Assembly (NCBI GenBank): GCA_016185545.1
Contig: JACPNJ010000005.1
Span: 167,754 to 231,753 of the forward strand
Direction of reading: 5' to 3'
DNA length: 64,000 bases
From: Candidatus Yanofskybacteria bacterium
Lineage (GTDB): Bacteria > Patescibacteriota > Minisyncoccia > 2-02-FULL-40-12 > IGHO2-01-FULL-4-A
Positions 46,794-57,188 of the stretch are shown one piece after another; position 1 is the first letter of the stretch; each line of letters begins with the position of its first letter. The notes beneath the pieces were generated by a model, which ran no database searches, was not told where the DNA came from, and was given only the letters and a program-made list of their open reading frames with translations. The position numbers and the translations under genes are program-made.

Positions 46794-47855
46794 ATGGGGA
46801 TTTTTAGGTTTTGGTCGTCTGTCGGCTGGCTGATAGTTCTTGGAACAGTAGCCATAGCGTTCATTAACATTATAAACAGGGCGATTATGAAAAAGAAGTG
46901 CGCTTCACCATTGCAATTTCTTGTGCTTTGGTACGCTACTACTACAGTTCTTTTTGGCACTATCTACATATTGTTTTGGGGATTAAACGCCCCGGATTTG
47001 TTACCAGGGTTTTGGATAGCACTTGGGGCTGGCGTTCTGGTTGGTCTCGGAATCCATTTTTGCGAAGCCAGAGCCGCAACTATTGATGCGGGGGAAACAT
47101 CACTCACCGCTCCTTTTCAAGCAATGACACCCGGCCTTATTGCAATTGTTGCGCTGACTTTGGGAGAATTTCCGAGCAAACTTGGCATCTTGGGAATCTT
47201 TTTTATGGCATCCGGCTCCTGGATTTTATTGGTCCAAAAAAAATCCTCCGGCGTTTACGAATATTTGGGGCCATTAAGGCAACTGCGATTTTTATTGCCC
47301 CCAGCAATTAAAAGGAAAATAAATGCCGGACCATTGCCACTGGAACTGAAAAATAAGGCTTTGGCCGTGCGGCTATCTATCATTTCTGCATGCATGGGTA
47401 CATTCGGATTATTAATGGATGGTCTTTATACGCGGCGAGCCGTTACTCTACAAGGATTAGCTCTCGCTTGCATGGTGTATATGGCCAGCTCCGCGGTTTT
47501 GTTTTTGTTTTGGTATTTAATTAAAAACGATGCCACGCCAGAGCAGAAAAGAGGAGCTTTATCTTTTTTTATCAAATATCCCGGACTTCTGCTTTTACTC
47601 GGCATAAGCACAGCCTGGATAGCACACGTCTTTTTAATTTTACCGGCATTTTCCAGCACTTATGTGGCATATGTTGGAACGCTTAAACGATTGAGCATCA
47701 TTATTTCTGTCATTCTCGGACGCATTCTTCTTGGTGAGGGCCAATTTAGAAAACGCTTCTTGGCGGCCTGCCTTGTTTTATTTGGAGCAATACTTATATC
47801 AACTGATGACTTACCGACGCTTCTTTCGGTAAAGATAGAAGGGTTTGGATTTTAA
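46794..47855 (+). CDS. polytopic membrane protein (possible DMT/EamA-like permease)
   Basis: ~10 hydrophobic segments; GGAG SD 5 nt before the ATG at 46794; the upstream in-frame ORF portion lies in the promoter region. Confidence 0.55.
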   Translation: MGIFRFWSSVGWLIVLGTVAIAFINIINRAIMKKKCASPLQFLVLWYATTTVLFGTIYILFWGLNAPDLLPGFWIALGAGVLVGLGIHFCEARAATIDAGETSLTAPFQAMTPGLIAIVALTLGEFPSKLGILGIFFMASGSWILLVQKKSSGVYEYLGPLRQLRFLLPPAIKRKINAGPLPLELKNKALAVRLSIISACMGTFGLLMDGLYTRRAVTLQGLALACMVYMASSAVLFLFWYLIKNDATPEQKRGALSFFIKYPGLLLLLGISTAWIAHVFLILPAFSSTYVAYVGTLKRLSIIISVILGRILLGEGQFRKRFLAACLVLFGAILISTDDLPTLLSVKIEGFGF

Positions 47856-47861
47856 AACTAG

Positions 47862-47895
47862 TGACCTGCGATAAGCGGGTCTTTTAATCAGAAAA
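47862..47895 (+). terminator. rho-independent terminator
   Basis: gacctgcgataagcgggtc followed by ttttaat. Confidence 0.6.
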
Positions 47896-47918
47896 GTTTC
47901 CTAGGCAAAAATCTTATA

Positions 47919-48635
47919 TTATTTCCAATAGGTTACATCGTAACTACAGAGAATGAGTTTACCAAGATCTGGCTTATATTTGTATTCCGTAACACCGCAA
48001 TTTGCCGGGTCGGTTTTAGAAATCAGCCCAGTCTTCTCAAACGATAATTCTTCGTTTACCATGCGAAAAGCATCAGTTGTCCTTGCATGGCTTACAACTA
48101 ATACTTTTTTATCTGGATAATCTAATCGCAGTTTAACTAAAAACACGTTAATCCGCGTACACACATCCGCAACGCTTTCGCCACCAGGCGGCACCGCAAA
48201 CATGGGATGGCTATTATCCCAATAATTCTTTCTCCAAGGAAAATGTTTTCGTACTTCTTCTGCCAGCATATTCCGCGTATAGCCGCCCGCGCGTTCGCGA
48301 AGCAATATATCAGAATGTGCCCGTGATTCAATTTTGACACGATCTCTTCCATAACCTTCTAAAATATACTTGACCGTTTCCTCGGCACGAACATATCCCG
48401 AATGAAATACGACATCAAACAGACCATATGCCTTTCGTAATGCTACCCCTGTCTGACGCGCTTGTTCAATACCACGCTCAGTAAGCGAAATGTTTTCATC
48501 AGAAAGTTCGCCTGCGACAATTTTTTCGGCTTGATCTTTAAAGAAAACTCCCTTCTTTTTAGTATTACGGGCAGATTCGGCATGCCGCACTAAAACTAAT
48601 AATTTTGGGAAATTAATTTTTTTCATTTTTTCCAC
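47919..48635 (-). CDS. histidine-phosphatase (phosphoglycerate-mutase-like) family protein
   Basis: LVLVRHAESARN RHG motif. Confidence 0.65.
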   Translation of the reverse strand: MEKMKKINFPKLLVLVRHAESARNTKKKGVFFKDQAEKIVAGELSDENISLTERGIEQARQTGVALRKAYGLFDVVFHSGYVRAEETVKYILEGYGRDRVKIESRAHSDILLRERAGGYTRNMLAEEVRKHFPWRKNYWDNSHPMFAVPPGGESVADVCTRINVFLVKLRLDYPDKKVLVVSHARTTDAFRMVNEELSFEKTGLISKTDPANCGVTEYKYKPDLGKLILCSYDVTYWK

Positions 48636-49429
48636 AGACCTCGCGTTTTAATATTTTCTACTGCCAAATCGGCCTTGTTTTTTTGATTGCCAAGGAAATC
48701 TTTTTGTCTAAAAAAATTAATATCTGCCAATTCCGGCTTTTTTTCTATTAGTTCAATGATTTCTTTTGTGGGAGTAAGGTTTCGATCTGTTCCAAGTTCA
48801 TTAAAAATCGTTTTAAAAAAATCTAGATCCTCCGGATAATCCAGAGTCATCCTGATATTTTTGTTGTAATAAATCGAATTTTCCACGAATAAATCCCTAA
48901 TGTCAAATAGACCGGTCTCTGTAAAATACTTGGACATTTGATCGCCGGTATGCATGCCCTTAATCTCACAAGCCTTTTTAATGGCCGAACGTGAAATGCC
49001 CTTGGTGAAAGAACCGCAAACTAAACCCTCTGGGGCTTTTATATAATCACAGGGGTTGCTAATGATTTGTTCTACGGCAAGATCTATGAGTTCGGGATCG
49101 CAAAAAAGATCGTCGCCATCAAAATTAATCAAATAATCTATTTTGAATTTTTCTGCTGCGCCAAGCCATCTGACAAACTTGTCTTGTAAAGGACCCCTGT
49201 AACTTTCTATTTTTTCTTTTCTCGCGATTTCTTCCAGAATATTGTCTTCCGAACAATCGCTAGTGCACAAAACTATTAAATCTATTTTTTTTGCCAGCTT
49301 AGCTCTATCAATATCATGCTCAATCACTTTTCTACCTTGGATCGGCAAAAGCATCTTCTGCGGCAATCTGGTTGAACTCGTCCTGGCTGTAATAAAAAGT
49401 CCGAATTTTAGTTTTTTGTTTTTAGACAT
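48623..49429 (-). CDS. cytidylyltransferase (CTP_transf_3/SpsF-like)
   Basis: FITARTSSTRLPQKML. Confidence 0.6.
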   Translation of the reverse strand: MSKNKKLKFGLFITARTSSTRLPQKMLLPIQGRKVIEHDIDRAKLAKKIDLIVLCTSDCSEDNILEEIARKEKIESYRGPLQDKFVRWLGAAEKFKIDYLINFDGDDLFCDPELIDLAVEQIISNPCDYIKAPEGLVCGSFTKGISRSAIKKACEIKGMHTGDQMSKYFTETGLFDIRDLFVENSIYYNKNIRMTLDYPEDLDFFKTIFNELGTDRNLTPTKEIIELIEKKPELADINFFRQKDFLGNQKNKADLAVENIKTRGLWKK

Positions 49430-50753
49430 GGCTGTTTGTTATTTGGTTCACTAATTTTTCCAGTTCCAAGGGATAATTGGGAGTATCCGGCGATATAAAA
49501 TCAAAAATATTGGCATATTTAACACCATCGGCCTCTGATATTTGCGAAAATGATTCCGTGAAAATTTTTTCCAAATCATCGGTGTTTTCAATCAGATAAA
49601 TATTTTTAAATTTATTAATATCTTTGAAGTGCGTATGGCGGGCAAGCAGATTTTTGGGATTGGTAAAGTGAACGCCGTCATCATAAACCGGCACAAAAAC
49701 TTTTTTTCCAAACAGCAATCCTTCAATCATCATCGTGGAAAGCGGGCAAATCATAAACTCCATATTGGCCAAGAGTTTCGGATAATACTTCAGGTCTGGC
49801 ATAAAAACATCATTGAACTCGTCCATTTCATCGCGTTTATAATAAAGTTTGGCTTGCTCATCTATCACAATGTGCTTGAAGTCATACTCAAAAAAAGTAT
49901 CGGCACATTTGCGATGCTTTCTCCAGGGGTGAGGACGATAGATAATTTTGATGCCAATCCCTTTTCGGTCAATTATTTCTTCCAGCTTCTTCAGCGTAGA
50001 AAGCTCATCAAACGGCGCGGCAATTCCGGCAAAAAGAATATATTTAAAATTATATGGCGAGGGTAGGTCGCGTCCATCACGATTCATATATTCCATAAAA
50101 CGTGGAGTGCCCAATGGAAAAACATGGCTTCTTTCCATATTGTGAATGCGAACGGCATCCTCAACCGCTTGCTTTCCCCAAACTACTAGATAATCGGGTC
50201 TCCTGGTAAGAACAGTTTTGCTTGTTAAATTATCCCAATTGTCAATAAGTAAGCAGGTCGGAATTTTTTTCTTTTTTGCTATTCTGATAATTTCAAAGGA
50301 TAGGCCGTCATAGCCGCCAGACGGTAAAAGTATGGCTTGCGGGTTTATCACTGAAAGAATCCCCTCCAGATTTTTGTCCCGAGTAATTTTAAAAACAAAA
50401 AATTTAACTAAGTTATATATAACGGGTAAAGAGGCCAGCTTATAATAAAATTTGCGGCGTCGACTGGATAATTGCTCAAATCGGAAAGCAAAGGAACTGC
50501 TTTTATGCCTGTATCTCCACGCATCTACGTAGAAAAAATGGCGATACCAAGATTTGTATCTCTCCGGATAAAGATACGGCACCAATTGTTCTCTTTTTAT
50601 ACCGAGAAAGTCTTTAACCATTAACTTTTCATGGACAATAAAAACACACCTATCTTTGATCTTATACAACGCGGGAGAGGAAATAAAGTTACGATAATAT
50701 TCGGGTGTAGAAATGACAACAAGTATTGTTGAATTTTTATGCGGATTGACCAA
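49422..50753 (-). CDS. hypothetical transferase-like protein with an RPHP motif
   Basis: 443 aa; IIYRPHPW HP motif as in the two KPHP paralogs. Confidence 0.4.
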   Translation of the reverse strand: MVNPHKNSTILVVISTPEYYRNFISSPALYKIKDRCVFIVHEKLMVKDFLGIKREQLVPYLYPERYKSWYRHFFYVDAWRYRHKSSSFAFRFEQLSSRRRKFYYKLASLPVIYNLVKFFVFKITRDKNLEGILSVINPQAILLPSGGYDGLSFEIIRIAKKKKIPTCLLIDNWDNLTSKTVLTRRPDYLVVWGKQAVEDAVRIHNMERSHVFPLGTPRFMEYMNRDGRDLPSPYNFKYILFAGIAAPFDELSTLKKLEEIIDRKGIGIKIIYRPHPWRKHRKCADTFFEYDFKHIVIDEQAKLYYKRDEMDEFNDVFMPDLKYYPKLLANMEFMICPLSTMMIEGLLFGKKVFVPVYDDGVHFTNPKNLLARHTHFKDINKFKNIYLIENTDDLEKIFTESFSQISEADGVKYANIFDFISPDTPNYPLELEKLVNQITNSHV

Positions 50754-50760
50754 TGTTATA

Positions 50761-51513
50761 TTAGACGCTTACCTTCGGCAAAAGGTTATGATTTTGTTCA
50801 ACCAAATGCTCGGCAACTATCCAATCTTCGGGCCTATTTATATCAAAACCTTCATGGCCTTCGGTAAAAAACGGGATAATCTCATCGCCGGCAATTGCAC
50901 CTTTTTCTAAAACCGTCCTGCACCAAGCTATTTCAATACTGGCGTTTTGGGCGTAAACCTCCGGCAATGACTGATATTGCATACTGTGCCAAGGCACCTC
51001 GTGCTTGGCCGGATTAACCAGCACTGGCTTCATCCGATTCGCGGCTAAATCAACATGCCACATCTTAGCCGGATGCTGTTTGCACTTTTCCACGGCTCTC
51101 AATGAATCAGCCCGATTATCTGATAAAAATTGCCGCCAAGCCCGATGGATAGTTTCCGACTGACGGAAGGGACTTGTCGGACGCAATATAGAAAAACAAT
51201 CGGCTACATTGCCTTTTTTGAAAAGTTTGCCCAATAGGTGCTTGACCCAATCTATATCCGGCGAATGGTCACCGGCAAATTTAGCGGGACGCAGAAAAGG
51301 AATTTCCGCTCCGTATTTTTGGGCAATATCGGCAATCTCACGGCTATCGGTGGAAACAATAACTTTTGCGAATATCCCCGAATCAATCGCTGCCCGAATC
51401 GTATAAGCCAAAAGCGGATGCCCGCCAAGCAACTTGATGTTTTTATTAGGTATTCTTTTTGAACCTGCCCGGGCCGGAATTAACGCCCAGCAAGTTGGAG
51501 TTTTTGAAGACAT
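50761..51513 (-). CDS. acylneuraminate cytidylyltransferase-family (CMP-sugar synthetase)
   Basis: ALIPARAGSKRIPNKNI...RPTSPFR. Confidence 0.8.
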   Translation of the reverse strand: MSSKTPTCWALIPARAGSKRIPNKNIKLLGGHPLLAYTIRAAIDSGIFAKVIVSTDSREIADIAQKYGAEIPFLRPAKFAGDHSPDIDWVKHLLGKLFKKGNVADCFSILRPTSPFRQSETIHRAWRQFLSDNRADSLRAVEKCKQHPAKMWHVDLAANRMKPVLVNPAKHEVPWHSMQYQSLPEVYAQNASIEIAWCRTVLEKGAIAGDEIIPFFTEGHEGFDINRPEDWIVAEHLVEQNHNLLPKVSV

Positions 51514-51697
51514 TGTCTTTGTAAATTAATCACAAATTAGGATATTTTTCAATATCGGGCGTAACCTTAAACTTGACCCCGTAAGAGGCAGAGGCACGCT
51601 GCGTGCCCTCGCGGCCTTGTTCGGGGTTGACCTAACGTCCAATATCATGTAAACATAGCTCATCTTTAACAACTAAATAAATTGAGGTAGAGTAGAA

Positions 51698-52510
51698 ATG
51701 GAAGAAAGAAGCAACATCAGTCAAAAATTTGACCTTACCGGCCGGATCGCTATAGTTACCGGCGGCTTAGGAATGTTGGGAAACCAGTTTGCGGATACTC
51801 TGACTACAGCTGGCGCAACCGTGGCACTGGTAGACATCAAACAGCAAAATAAATCAGCAGATTCGCGCAAATTTTCTCACCAAGCGGATATTACCAAATT
51901 TGATGAAGTCAAAACTGCTTTGAGTCAGATTAGAAAAGATCTTGGCGTTCCTTCAATACTAATCAATAGTGCTGGACTTGATTCTCCTCCCGACGCGCCC
52001 ATCAATGTAAACGGCCCCTTCGAAGATTATACTGAAGAAACTTGGGATGCCGTTATTGATTCGCATCTTAAGGGAGCCTTCCTGGTTTCTCGGGAATTCC
52101 TTCGCCATTTCAGGTCAGCCGGATTAAATAAGGGCAGTATAATCAATATTTCTTCGGATCTGGGATTGGTTGCCCCAAATCAAAAAATATACGAATATCG
52201 CCGCAAAAAAGGTGAAAACTTTTATAAGCCCGTCGCTTACTCTGTGGCAAAGGCCGGCATGATTGGATTTACGAAGTGGTTGGCCGGATACTCTGCTCCA
52301 CTTGGAATCAGGGTAAATGCCCTTGCACCGGGAGGAGTTTATAATCAACAAGATCCGGAATTCGTCCAAGCGTACAATCAAAGAACAATGCTAGATAGAA
52401 TGGCAAACATTGATGACTATAACGGAGCAATACTTTTTCTTGCATCTGACGCTTCCGAGTATATGACTGGGACCATTCTTTCCGTTGATGGCGGTTCAAC
52501 TGCCCTTTAG
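51698..52510 (+). CDS. short-chain dehydrogenase/reductase
   Basis: AIVTGGLGMLGNQ. Confidence 0.7.
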   Translation: MEERSNISQKFDLTGRIAIVTGGLGMLGNQFADTLTTAGATVALVDIKQQNKSADSRKFSHQADITKFDEVKTALSQIRKDLGVPSILINSAGLDSPPDAPINVNGPFEDYTEETWDAVIDSHLKGAFLVSREFLRHFRSAGLNKGSIINISSDLGLVAPNQKIYEYRRKKGENFYKPVAYSVAKAGMIGFTKWLAGYSAPLGIRVNALAPGGVYNQQDPEFVQAYNQRTMLDRMANIDDYNGAILFLASDASEYMTGTILSVDGGSTAL

Positions 52511-52523
52511 AAAGGAACTGGCA

Positions 52524-54434
52524 ATGACTGAAAAAAACAAGCTCTATTTCCTACCGCTTGAAGAAATGCGCAGAATCAGGCAAATTGCAACCGACCGTTT
52601 CACTCTTTGCAAGATTTTATCCCAAGCACTTAGAATCAACATACTCTATATGATAAAGTATGCCGGCTCAGGCCACATCGGCACAAGTTTCAGTTCAATT
52701 GATATTATGCTTTGGTTGTGGTTTATGGAAATGAGAAATGCCAACCAGCCGTGGCTATCATATTCCGACACGTTTTTTTCTTCCAAAGGCCATGACGCTC
52801 CGGCGCTTTATTCAATTCTGACCGCTTTGGAAAAAATAGATTTTGACTACATCCACAAATTTCGCAGGTTAGGCGGTCTCCCCGGCCATCCTGATATCCA
52901 TACGCCATTTATCGCGACCAATACCGGTTCTCTAGGTATGGGCATATCTAAAGCCAGAGGAATGGCAATTGCTAACAGATTAAATGGAAAACGGGGCGGG
53001 TTTTTTGTCTTAACGGGTGATGGCGAATTGCAAGAAGGCCAGATTTGGGAATCTCTGCAACCAACGGCAAATGGCCGTTTTGACAAAATAACCGTAATTG
53101 TTGATTTTAACCGCATCCAGTCGGATACGGCAGTCAAAAACACAAGCTGTCTTGGAAATATTGTTCAAAAATTTAAGGCCTTTGGCTGGCAAGTCGAAAC
53201 CTGTAATGGTCATAATTTTATTAACCTCGCCGCAGCTTTCAATAGAACCAGAAATAATGCGGGAATCCCCCATATAATTATTGCCAACACCTATAAGGGT
53301 AGCGGTGTTTCTTTTATGGAACGGCTTGGTGATGACGGCTTGTACCACTATCACGGTGGGGCGCCAACAGATGAAGATTATGTAGCGGCATTAAATGAGT
53401 TGCTAGCAAACGCAAATCAAAAACTTCAAGAAATAGGCGAGCCCCCGCTGTCATTGCAAGCAGCTGAAAAACCGACTGCTGTTGCTACAATAACAAATCT
53501 GGATAACTTGATAGCAGCTTATGGCGACGAACTATGCAAACTCGGGTCCGAGAAAAACAACATTGTTGTTTTGGATGCCGATTTGGCAAAGGATTGCGGT
53601 TTATTGAAATTCAAGAAACAATTCCCAGACAAGTTTATTGAGTGTGGCATCGCCGAACAAGACATGGTTTCAGTTGCCGGCGGTTTGGCTTTACGCGATA
53701 AATTACCGATTGTCCATTCATTCGCCTGTTTTCTCTCAACGAGACCCAACGAGCAAATTTACAACAATGCCACCGAGGGCAATAAAATCATTTATGTCGG
53801 CTCTCTAGCCGGATTGTTACCGGCAGGACCTGGACACTCTCACCAGTCCGTCCGCGATATTTCATGTTTGGGTGCAATTCCTGGCCTGACCCTGATAGAA
53901 CCGTGCAATGAACAAGAAACACGCGTAGCTTTGCGTTGGGCAGTCGAAGAAAACGAAGAAAGCACCTACATACGCCTAGTCAGTATTCCAAGAAAATTAA
54001 CTTATAACTTGCCATGCAATTATAGAATGAAAAAGGGTTGCGGCGTGAGATTGCGCGATGGATCGCAAGTTGCGTTGATTGCTTACGGACCGGTTATGCT
54101 GGAAAAAGCGGTAGGTGCCGCCAGGCTACTTGATAATGGGTACATGAGTATCGCTGTATATAATTTCCCGTGGCTTAATTTTATAGATACCGAATGGCTG
54201 GTTAAAGAACTATATACTTTCAAAACTTTGGTTACAATAGACGACCATTATGTAAATTCTGGATTAGGCGCACTGATTACGGCCGAAATAGCGCGAACAT
54301 TTGTTAGGGTACCAAAGATTATAAATCTCGGCTTAAATGAAATTCCCGCTTGCGGACAAAATGATGAAGTATTGCAATATCATCAACTGGATGGATTATC
54401 AATTGCAGAAAAAATTACAAAAGCATTAAAATAA
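52524..54434 (+). CDS. transketolase (fused N- and C-terminal halves)
   Basis: TPP-binding GHIGTSFS, GDGELQEG; pyrimidine-binding and C-terminal domains; the ORF is open from 52485 but AGGAA precedes the ATG at 52524. Confidence 0.7.
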   Translation: MTEKNKLYFLPLEEMRRIRQIATDRFTLCKILSQALRINILYMIKYAGSGHIGTSFSSIDIMLWLWFMEMRNANQPWLSYSDTFFSSKGHDAPALYSILTALEKIDFDYIHKFRRLGGLPGHPDIHTPFIATNTGSLGMGISKARGMAIANRLNGKRGGFFVLTGDGELQEGQIWESLQPTANGRFDKITVIVDFNRIQSDTAVKNTSCLGNIVQKFKAFGWQVETCNGHNFINLAAAFNRTRNNAGIPHIIIANTYKGSGVSFMERLGDDGLYHYHGGAPTDEDYVAALNELLANANQKLQEIGEPPLSLQAAEKPTAVATITNLDNLIAAYGDELCKLGSEKNNIVVLDADLAKDCGLLKFKKQFPDKFIECGIAEQDMVSVAGGLALRDKLPIVHSFACFLSTRPNEQIYNNATEGNKIIYVGSLAGLLPAGPGHSHQSVRDISCLGAIPGLTLIEPCNEQETRVALRWAVEENEESTYIRLVSIPRKLTYNLPCNYRMKKGCGVRLRDGSQVALIAYGPVMLEKAVGAARLLDNGYMSIAVYNFPWLNFIDTEWLVKELYTFKTLVTIDDHYVNSGLGALITAEIARTFVRVPKIINLGLNEIPACGQNDEVLQYHQLDGLSIAEKITKALK

Positions 54435-54436
54435 GC

Positions 54437-54515
54437 TCCCTACCGGGGGCTTTTGTTTGTATTTATCCCCACACTCTCATGTAAATGTGGGGGTTTACTT
54501 TTTTTAAAAATTAAT
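54437..54515 (+). terminator. tandem rho-independent terminators
   Basis: gctccctaccgggggc followed by ttttgtttgtattt, then ccccacac...tgtggggg followed by tttactttttttaaa. Confidence 0.7.
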
Positions 54516-54557
54516 GTACGGTTTAGCAAAAGTTCATTTAAAAAATGAGGGAAATCA

Positions 54558-56015
54558 GTGAAATATCCTGAAAAAATTCACCACTGGATAGCCGACAATG
54601 ATGTTATTCTGTCGGGCACAGAAACATATTTGCCCAAATACAATCCGTCAAACGGGTCTCAACTAGGTTTGGTCGCCGAGGGTAAAGAACATCAAATAAT
54701 TTTTATGACCGCAGTGGTGGCTTTTGAAAATTGGTCACATACACCTGTTGTTAAAAGGGGCGAAATTTTAAGAACGGCAACCCAGCTTATGGAATCACGC
54801 AAACAAGAAATAGTTGGAATTGTCGCTCTTGAAACAGGGAAATCGCCCAAAGATGCCGCAGGTGAAACACGAGCTGCCATTGAGCTGGGTTATTTTATAG
54901 CCGGTGAGGGTAGACGATTTTACGGCCAGACAACGACAAGCGCAGTCCCCAACAGATTCGCCTACACAACGCGCCAACCGGTGGGAGTCTGCGCTTTAAT
55001 TACTTCCTTTAATACTCCTATCGCCAATGCGGCTTGGAAAGCGTTTCCGGCATTATTGTGTGGAAATACAGTAATTATGAAGCCATCGGAATATACACCA
55101 TATACTGCCATATGGTTTGCTAAAATATTAAAAGAAGCAGGATTGCCAATAGGAGTTTTTTCAGTAATTCAGGGCGGCACTCAAACAGGCGGATTTTTGG
55201 TCAGCAATAAGGATGTTAATCTTGTCAGTTTTACGGGTTCAGTAGCAACAGGCAAGGAAATTGCCGAAATAGCCAGCAAAAGACTTGCCAGGGTTTGTCT
55301 GGAACTCGGTGGTAAAAATCCTCTCGTTGTTTGTGATGACGCCGATATTGATTGGGCGGTTGAATGCGCCGTTTTGTCGGCATTCAGCAATGCCGGCCAA
55401 CGATGCGCCTCGGCGAGCAGAATTATTGTTTTTGACTCAATTTACGAAAAATTCAAACAAAAAATGTGCGACAAAACATTGGCACTTAAAATCGGGCCTA
55501 CCGATGAAGATGATTTTGGACCGGTTATCAGTTTGACCCAACTCAAAAAAGTTTTAAACGCTGTTAATGAAGCAACGAGCGGGAAGGAAATTTTACTTAC
55601 CGGCGGTAGCCGTTTCTTTCACTGCGATTATCCGAACGGTTACTATATTCAACCGACTATTCTAGAAAATATTCCAGCAAATGATCCGATATCGCAAGAA
55701 GAATTATTCGGACCGATAACATGCTTGTATAGAGTAAAAGATCTAGCGGAAGCAATAGTGCTTGCCAACAACTCTAAATTCGGCCTAACTGGCGCCATTC
55801 ACACTAGCAGCATCCACCGTAAGGAATATTTCAAAAACCACTATCGTGCCGGTGTGGTTTCAATTAACGGCCAGACTTACGGAAGCGAGCCGCATTTACC
55901 GTTCGGCGGATTGCGCGATTCAGGCAATGGCTGGCGCGAACCCGGCGCTCAAGCGCTTGACGCTTATTCAGAATGGCAAACTGTTTACGAAAAATACGAC
56001 CCGAACCTTGTTTAA
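54558..56015 (+). CDS. aldehyde dehydrogenase-family protein (GTG start)
   Basis: ELGGKNP and GQRCASASR catalytic Glu/Cys motifs; GAGGG SD upstream. Confidence 0.8.
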   Translation: MKYPEKIHHWIADNDVILSGTETYLPKYNPSNGSQLGLVAEGKEHQIIFMTAVVAFENWSHTPVVKRGEILRTATQLMESRKQEIVGIVALETGKSPKDAAGETRAAIELGYFIAGEGRRFYGQTTTSAVPNRFAYTTRQPVGVCALITSFNTPIANAAWKAFPALLCGNTVIMKPSEYTPYTAIWFAKILKEAGLPIGVFSVIQGGTQTGGFLVSNKDVNLVSFTGSVATGKEIAEIASKRLARVCLELGGKNPLVVCDDADIDWAVECAVLSAFSNAGQRCASASRIIVFDSIYEKFKQKMCDKTLALKIGPTDEDDFGPVISLTQLKKVLNAVNEATSGKEILLTGGSRFFHCDYPNGYYIQPTILENIPANDPISQEELFGPITCLYRVKDLAEAIVLANNSKFGLTGAIHTSSIHRKEYFKNHYRAGVVSINGQTYGSEPHLPFGGLRDSGNGWREPGAQALDAYSEWQTVYEKYDPNLV

Positions 56016-56040
56016 AAAACCCCAATCGGGGTTTTTAAAT
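56013..56040. terminator. bidirectional rho-independent terminator
   Basis: aaaccccaatcggggttt flanked by A and T runs between convergent genes. Confidence 0.8.
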
Positions 56041-57078
56041 ATGTTCAAAACTTATAGCTTCATCTTTTATGAGCGCAACTTTTAGAACCTTATCATAAAA
56101 ATATTCAGCACAATACGGTTCCAGGCCGTCACCCGGCGATTTAAACGCCAAGTCGCCTTCGCTCAAAATATGACCGGCCGATAAGTCACGGGCGGCAACA
56201 ATTTTCTTGCCCATTTTCAAACGGGCCGGTTTTTCTTCAGGATAAAAATTCTTGGTGCCATCACCAAGCGCGGCATGCGTCCGTCTCAAATCACGAACCA
56301 ATCTGCGCATACCCACCGGTTCAATGGAAAAGGCATGGTCAGTGCCTTTAGTGGTATGATTTAGTGTAAAATGTTTTTCTAAAATTCTGGCCCCCAAAAC
56401 ATAAGCGGCAATCGGAAGAGCGATACCATTATAATGGTCGGATAGTCCAATAATGGCTTGCGGAAATTTTTTTAAATATGTACCAATTACATTCAAATCA
56501 AGTTTTTCAGGTTCGGTAGGATAAATAGCCGTGCATTGAAGCAGGGCAATCTGATTGTTGATTGGTAGAACGGCCTTGAATGCCCTTTCCACGTCCACCA
56601 TCTGCGCGGCGCCGGTGCTAATTATCATCGGTTTACCGAAACTGGCAATATGCTTAAGCAGTGGGGTATTGGTCAAATCACCGGAGGCAATTTTAAAACA
56701 TGGAATATCTAATTCACGCAAAAAATCAGCACTGGTAAAATCAAATGCCGTCGCGAAGAAAACCAAACCCAGTTCTTCAGCATATCGCTTGAGTTCTCGA
56801 TACTCCGCATCGCCCAATTCTAGGGCTTCGCGATGGAGCCCATAAGTGGGACCAAAAGCATTTTCTGAATTATACGGGAGATTGTAAAATTCTTCGGTAT
56901 AAAGCTCGCGGTTACACCGTTTTTGTAATTTTACGGCGTCAACTCCGCAATCTTTTGCCGCTTTAAACATTCGCTTGCAAATTTCTAAACTGCCCTGATG
57001 GTTATGCCCGATTTCCGCGATTATAAAACAGGGAGAACGGTTATTGATTATTCTATTTCCTATGAGAAGTTCCGTCAC
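56035..57078 (-). CDS. NeuB-family nonulosonic acid synthase (third copy, with SAF domain)
   Basis: CFIIAEIGHNHQGS...DAVKLQKR. Confidence 0.8.
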   Translation of the reverse strand: MTELLIGNRIINNRSPCFIIAEIGHNHQGSLEICKRMFKAAKDCGVDAVKLQKRCNRELYTEEFYNLPYNSENAFGPTYGLHREALELGDAEYRELKRYAEELGLVFFATAFDFTSADFLRELDIPCFKIASGDLTNTPLLKHIASFGKPMIISTGAAQMVDVERAFKAVLPINNQIALLQCTAIYPTEPEKLDLNVIGTYLKKFPQAIIGLSDHYNGIALPIAAYVLGARILEKHFTLNHTTKGTDHAFSIEPVGMRRLVRDLRRTHAALGDGTKNFYPEEKPARLKMGKKIVAARDLSAGHILSEGDLAFKSPGDGLEPYCAEYFYDKVLKVALIKDEAISFEHI

Positions 57079-57188
57079 TTGAACTCCGTTTTTAAATAAC
57101 TACTAAATCACTATTAGAACGTAAAACGAACTCGGAATTGAGTAAAGATTGACGATTTTTAAAAATAGTTTATGGTAAAAATCTGATT

